DNA from: Convolutriloba macropyga
Lineage: Eukaryota
Reading direction: 5' to 3'
NCBI RefSeq assembly: GCF_964194025.1
Contig: NC_134473.1
Coordinates: 5,332,001 to 5,396,000, forward strand
DNA length: 64,000 nt
In this document: in pieces, positions 59,630-64,000 of the stretch
How the letters are laid out: each line of letters begins with the position of its first letter
Position numbering within the stretch: the first letter of the stretch is position 1
Translations under genes and position numbers: made by a program
The notes under the pieces: generated by a model
Seen by the model: only the letters and a program-made list of their open reading frames with translations
Database searches by the model: none
Told to the model about the DNA's origin: nothing

Positions 59630-60235
59630 TAGTTTCATCAGCAACTCTACATTGCGGTTTGTTTTTATATATATCAAAGTGAACAGACATCTAACATTTT
59701 CAAGATTTTTGATTCATCAGCAGGTGTCATTTTGTGGTGTTATGAATGCTATTTTATGTTGTAACTGCTACAGTTAGAATGTTTAGCCAATAACAAATAA
59801 CAACTAAAAACATTAGTCTATTAATTATATGTAATAATGTCCTATTAAATCTTTCTACAAATACTGTTTTTGAATCACAATATGTTGAGCATAATTATGA
59901 CTTATGTTCTTTAAGTAAAGATTTAAACGTTTTATAATAGAACTCACTATCTCTATCAACTCATAACTTTTCTGGTGTTCTGCATTCTAGTAAAATTGTT
60001 TTGAAACCATTAGTTATAGGTATAACAGATTTTTTCATTAAGAGTATAGCCCAAGCATAACTAATAAATATATCTCTAACTGTTAATATAAAATTAAAAT
60101 TTTTGGAATTTTCACATAAACATGACCTACTAATTAAATCGCCATGTTTCAATTTTGGGTAACGTTATTATTTTTTCTCTTTGCAAAGTGCAAAGTTGTC
60201 AATAGTGGTGAGAGTATTTCTTCAGCTAATTCTTT
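59630..60235 (-). pseudogene. Polinton/Maverick-type retroviral-like (rve) integrase relic
   Basis: ELAEEILSP..ETW..DL..FILTVRDIFISYAWAI..RTPEKL*VDRDSEFY..VERFNRTL..W..IH..MTP: DDE triad and flanking motifs typical of Maverick integrases. Confidence 0.8.
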
Positions 60236-60349
60236 TTTTTTTCTTATTGTTTCTTTTACTATAGTTAAAACAATTTATCTACTTTGTTTATATATATAGT
60301 AATAACTGTTTTTTTAATTCTTTTATATACGACAATTAAAAATAAAATC

Positions 60350-61150
60350 CGGTTATTCTAAAGTAATAAATTTTCTTAATAAAATTTAATCAGATATTTT
60401 TAACATCTCATTATATAATCCATCATATCTTGATTTCGTTTCTAAAATAAATAATTCTAATCTCTTGTTCTTCGGATCTGCAATTGTGATAACTAAATCA
60501 CCAGAATTAGTAAGTGCACTACCTTAACTACCACTTTGCTGATCTCTGATGGAGCGTGGCTCATCAACAAAGTTGCCACTATGTAGACTTCTAATTGCAA
60601 ACTTTCTAATAACTCTCGCTCCACTACTTTTAGTATCTGTTGTTCTGTAATTAGGTCTATTATTAAGTGAACATTTTGAAAATATTTTAGATAATCTCTT
60701 TTAGTTTTATGCCATCAGGTGTTATAGATACATCTACATCATTCATTTTATATTGGTTTGATGATGTACCAACTTGTTCTAACTCTATTGGTTTAATTTT
60801 TGTTGTCCCATTTCTACCAGAATGCTAATCATCTCACTGTCAGCTGTAATTGTAATACTTTTGTAATCAGGTATCGTTAAGGGTAATGGGAAGTCTATAT
60901 TTTCTAATGCTTGTAGTGTTTGTTATTTATTAGACGAAGCGTCAATCGTCAAAACTGATTGTTCGTCAAGCCGATCAGCGAAGTTAAGTTGCAGATCATT
61001 TTGTGAATTTAATTTTTCTTTATAGATCAATTGACTCTATTTTTTTATAATGTTCTTGTTGTTTTAATTAAACTTCAAATCTATTTCTTCGTTATATTTT
61101 CTGTTTTATAGATTTTTCAATTTTGTTAATGCTTCTAAATTATTTTTAGT
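60350..61150 (-). pseudogene. decayed ORF upstream of the Polinton integrase, probably a Maverick accessory gene
   Basis: C-terminal DPKNKRLELFILETKSRYDGLYNEMLKIS resembles the DP..RL.LL..E..AG....NE motif I recall from uncharacterised Maverick proteins; same strand as and adjacent to the integrase. Confidence 0.4.
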
Positions 61151-62399
61151 CATGATTCTCTAAATTTCTTTATTTTAAATTTGGGGAAAACCATAATATT
61201 AATCCACTTTATTACTAAAAACATAAATAAGTCTTTGATATTTATAATTTATGAATACCTTTTGTTCCATTAGAAAGCAAAAAACCTAGGTGAAATTTTG
61301 ATACCGCATCGTTGATAATTAAAATATAATATTTAAGAAAAAAGTCAAGCAAAACCATATTTTTGAGTCAATTTTCATCAATTATAACGTTAATAAATTT
61401 TTCTGAAAGGAAATTTATTCAATGTTTTTCATTTAATTTGAAAGAGAAAAACTTAGAATAAATTTTGATACATGACCTATAGTCAACAGTTATTTTTTTC
61501 CATTGACGACAAACTGCAAAAGAATTTTTAGTTATTTAAACATAGATTAATTATTGATAAACAATAATATTTAAATCAATAGAAAGAAAAAATCTAGGCT
61601 AAACTTTGATACTATATGACTAGAAGTGAAAATATAATATTTATGAAATTATTCAAGACAAACCCTAAAATTGAGAAGAAGAAATTATCATTCTTATCAC
61701 TTCAAATGTCAATAATTCTTATCATATTAATTTGTTTCAAATGTATTTTATATTATGAGAAAGAATAAGACCTACGCTAAATTCTAATACCATATATTAG
61801 TTTCTGATTTATGAAAAAAATCATTTTTTATATTTTTATCAATTACCACTCTATTCCTAATCCTAATACGTTACTCCTATACAGATGTGTAAAACCATCG
61901 CTTACTTGCTTCATCACTAAAAACATGCTTTTTCAAATCGAATTAAAAAAACTTTATAACGTGTTATGCGTTTAAAGGTTTAGTCGTAATAAGAATTTTC
62001 AAGAATAATTTCATTTGAGTGTACCTCCAAACAAAAATGAGTTATTCAGCTTAGATGCAACATGTGTTGGTTGCAAAGAATTTCATGCGTTTTTTAAGTG
62101 GACATAAATGGTACGTGGATCAATTTGTTTTTTGTTTTTAACGCTATGGAGAAATGTCGTTGAAACTGAGATTTTGTGCCTGTAACTAGTGTATAAAAAG
62201 TTCTATCTGGTTACCAAATAAAAAAAAGTTTCAGAAGTTGCGTTTTCAGGCCAATTTTAAGCAAAAAATAGAGACAAAAATTTTTCATTTTTACTTTACT
62301 TTTAAAAATAAGCTTTAAATCAGCTCTTTTGAGAGTTTTATTTATTAGGTTGATGGATAGTTCTTTTGATACTCTTTTGTTTCCATGAGGCGCTCGAAA

Positions 62400-62910
62400 A
62401 ACATGTAAGGAGACTTATTTCACTTTTTTTCTGAATATTGTATATCGTACCACCTATCACTGCTACCTTATTGATAAAACCTTTAGTCAGGGTACTAATG
62501 TCTGTCAACCTGAGTGTGCAAACCAAGAGGGTCCCATACACCATGCACTACCTAGGTTGGTCTGATCAGAGCTGGTTTGGGTTGCGCACACCAACCTGGG
62601 CAGTAGCGTTACAGAATAATAAAATAAAATAAATGTTTTTCTGCGTAATCGCATTGGAGCAGCATTAGGCTTTCAGTCTGCAGTGTATTAACAGTAGCCT
62701 GTTCTCAGCTGTCCTTTTTCTATTATTCCCCACATCTCAGACTGTTCATTTGGTGACACTATCATCGGTGTTATTGAAAAGTTTTTCGTAGACCATCTGT
62801 AATAACACACATATCCTTGCCTTGTGAAATAATCAGATTAGACAGGTGCTTTCTACAATTAGGTATTAATCCGATGTGCCAGCAAAGTAGTCTAGTATTA
62901 TTAACCCAGA
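62400..62910 (-). pseudogene. possible relic of a non-LTR retrotransposon APE endonuclease
   Basis: Fragments RLLCWHIGL..SNLIISQGKDMCVIT and KVAVIGG resemble the APE WN.GL / D...itE / GDFN motifs; heavily degraded. Confidence 0.25.
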
Positions 62911-62956
62911 TTATTGTCATCGCATGCATTGTCCACGTGACTTAGCCTAGAGAATT

Positions 62957-63097
62957 GTGATCTTTTCCGTTTGTGCCCCCCCCCCCCCCCCAGTACGTTA
63001 TGAGCTTATGATCTCCCATTAAATCGTTATAAAAAATTTGGTTGTTGCAAATAATATGCGCACAATAAGCAGGCGGGCACAAAAGGAGAACATTCCA
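62957..63097. mobile_element. degraded second copy of the CGGATC-family MITE, opposite orientation to 32196-32375
   Basis: GATCTTTTCCGTTTGTG(C)nAGTACGTTATG..TTGCAAATAATATGC..GGGCACAAAAGG matches the reverse complement of the 32-kb copy. Confidence 0.75.
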
Positions 63098-64000
63098 AAA
63101 AATGTGGACTAATTTGAGTTGCCTACTGATTTTAGTACCCGACTCTTTCTTACCCGTGGGTCTCTAATCCTATTCCCTCCAAATCAGCCAAAATTAGCCG
63201 GGTTTTATTTTCATCAACAATTCACGCTACCCGGCGGCCCTGCTTCAACTTCCATGTATGGTGCTTCCTTTCAAATATTTTACGTAACTTGCATGTACTG
63301 ATGAAGTCAAGAATAAATTCAACAGCTTTATGTGTGGAATTAAGAAGAAACGGGAAAACAGCTCATCGTCAGACGAAAGCTCAGTTGAGTCTGTTTCATC
63401 CTCTGTAGCCCAAAATCCCTCTCAGCTCAGAAAGAAGAAAACACAAAAGGAACAACCGCAAGAAAATGCTAAAGAACGATTTTACCCAAAAAGGAGTGGA
63501 GATTTGTTTCCTGTTATATCGTAAATAAGTTCCTTTTAATACATTTTTGCCGCAAAAAGGAGAAACTAATTAAAATACGCAGCGATTGATGCTTATATTT
63601 GCAATTACTGGATGCAAACTATGCCAGCCAAAAAAAAACTTTTTTTCAATTCTTAATCTATTCACAGCATTTTCGCAGTATTTTTAAAGTGTCCGGCTTC
63701 TCCACCCCTATTGGTTTAATCCGATATTGTTGAACCCGATTATTTCAAAATGAACACCCCTACACCAAGGGGGTGGCTTCAAATACCAAACAACTACTAC
63801 GCCTAAATTAGTTTTAATATAACTTCGGCTAATTTCAAGCTCTTGTTGAAAAAAGGCTTTGTTTTGGGTTGTTTTTTGTTGATTTTGTCGGTAAATTTTG
63901 TATGAAGTGTTGATTATTGTCGTTTCTATCTTTTTTGTCCCAGAGTAAGGTCCGCGTCTCAAGACAAGCATTGGCCAGACCGACTTGGGTTGCGGCCATG

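Noticed and set aside
63330-64000. Ser/Lys-rich ORF 63330-63524 and minus-strand ORF 63708-63971 as possible exons
   Set aside because: No recognisable homology or convincing splice partners within the window
1-64000. tRNA, rRNA or snRNA genes
   Set aside because: None recognised by eye; a tRNAscan-SE/Infernal run is needed to exclude them

Overview
AT-rich animal genomic DNA (invertebrate by inference; species cannot be fixed from sequence alone). Six host genes: DRG1 (2 exons), an SPA17-like RIIa-domain protein with an acidic tail, an orphan class A GPCR, MRPL51, TMEM50 (2 exons) and a cytosolic sulfotransferase. They sit among many mostly decayed mobile elements. Bases 1-10097 hold a minus-strand Ty3/gypsy LTR element with gag, a UUUAAAC -1 slip site, PR-RT-RH-INT and a third ORF, missed by the ORF track, whose cysteine pattern resembles chuvirus-like class III fusion glycoproteins. 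The right third holds a BEL/Pao relic whose 5' LTR is split by a Penelope-like element (PLE), a second strongly diverged PLE, and a Polinton/Maverick integrase relic. The most unusual signal is a PHD zinc finger inside the reverse transcriptase, between motif B' and the catalytic YVDD motif. It is clear and in frame in the first PLE and present as an eroded homologue in the second. Both PLEs also carry a 3' minimal hammerhead motif. Other features: a CGGATC-ended, 6-bp-TSD element family, Helentron-like hairpin termini, and two ~1.8-2.4 kb tandem duplications. All translations and alignments were done by hand, no database searches were run, and boundaries of decayed elements are approximate.
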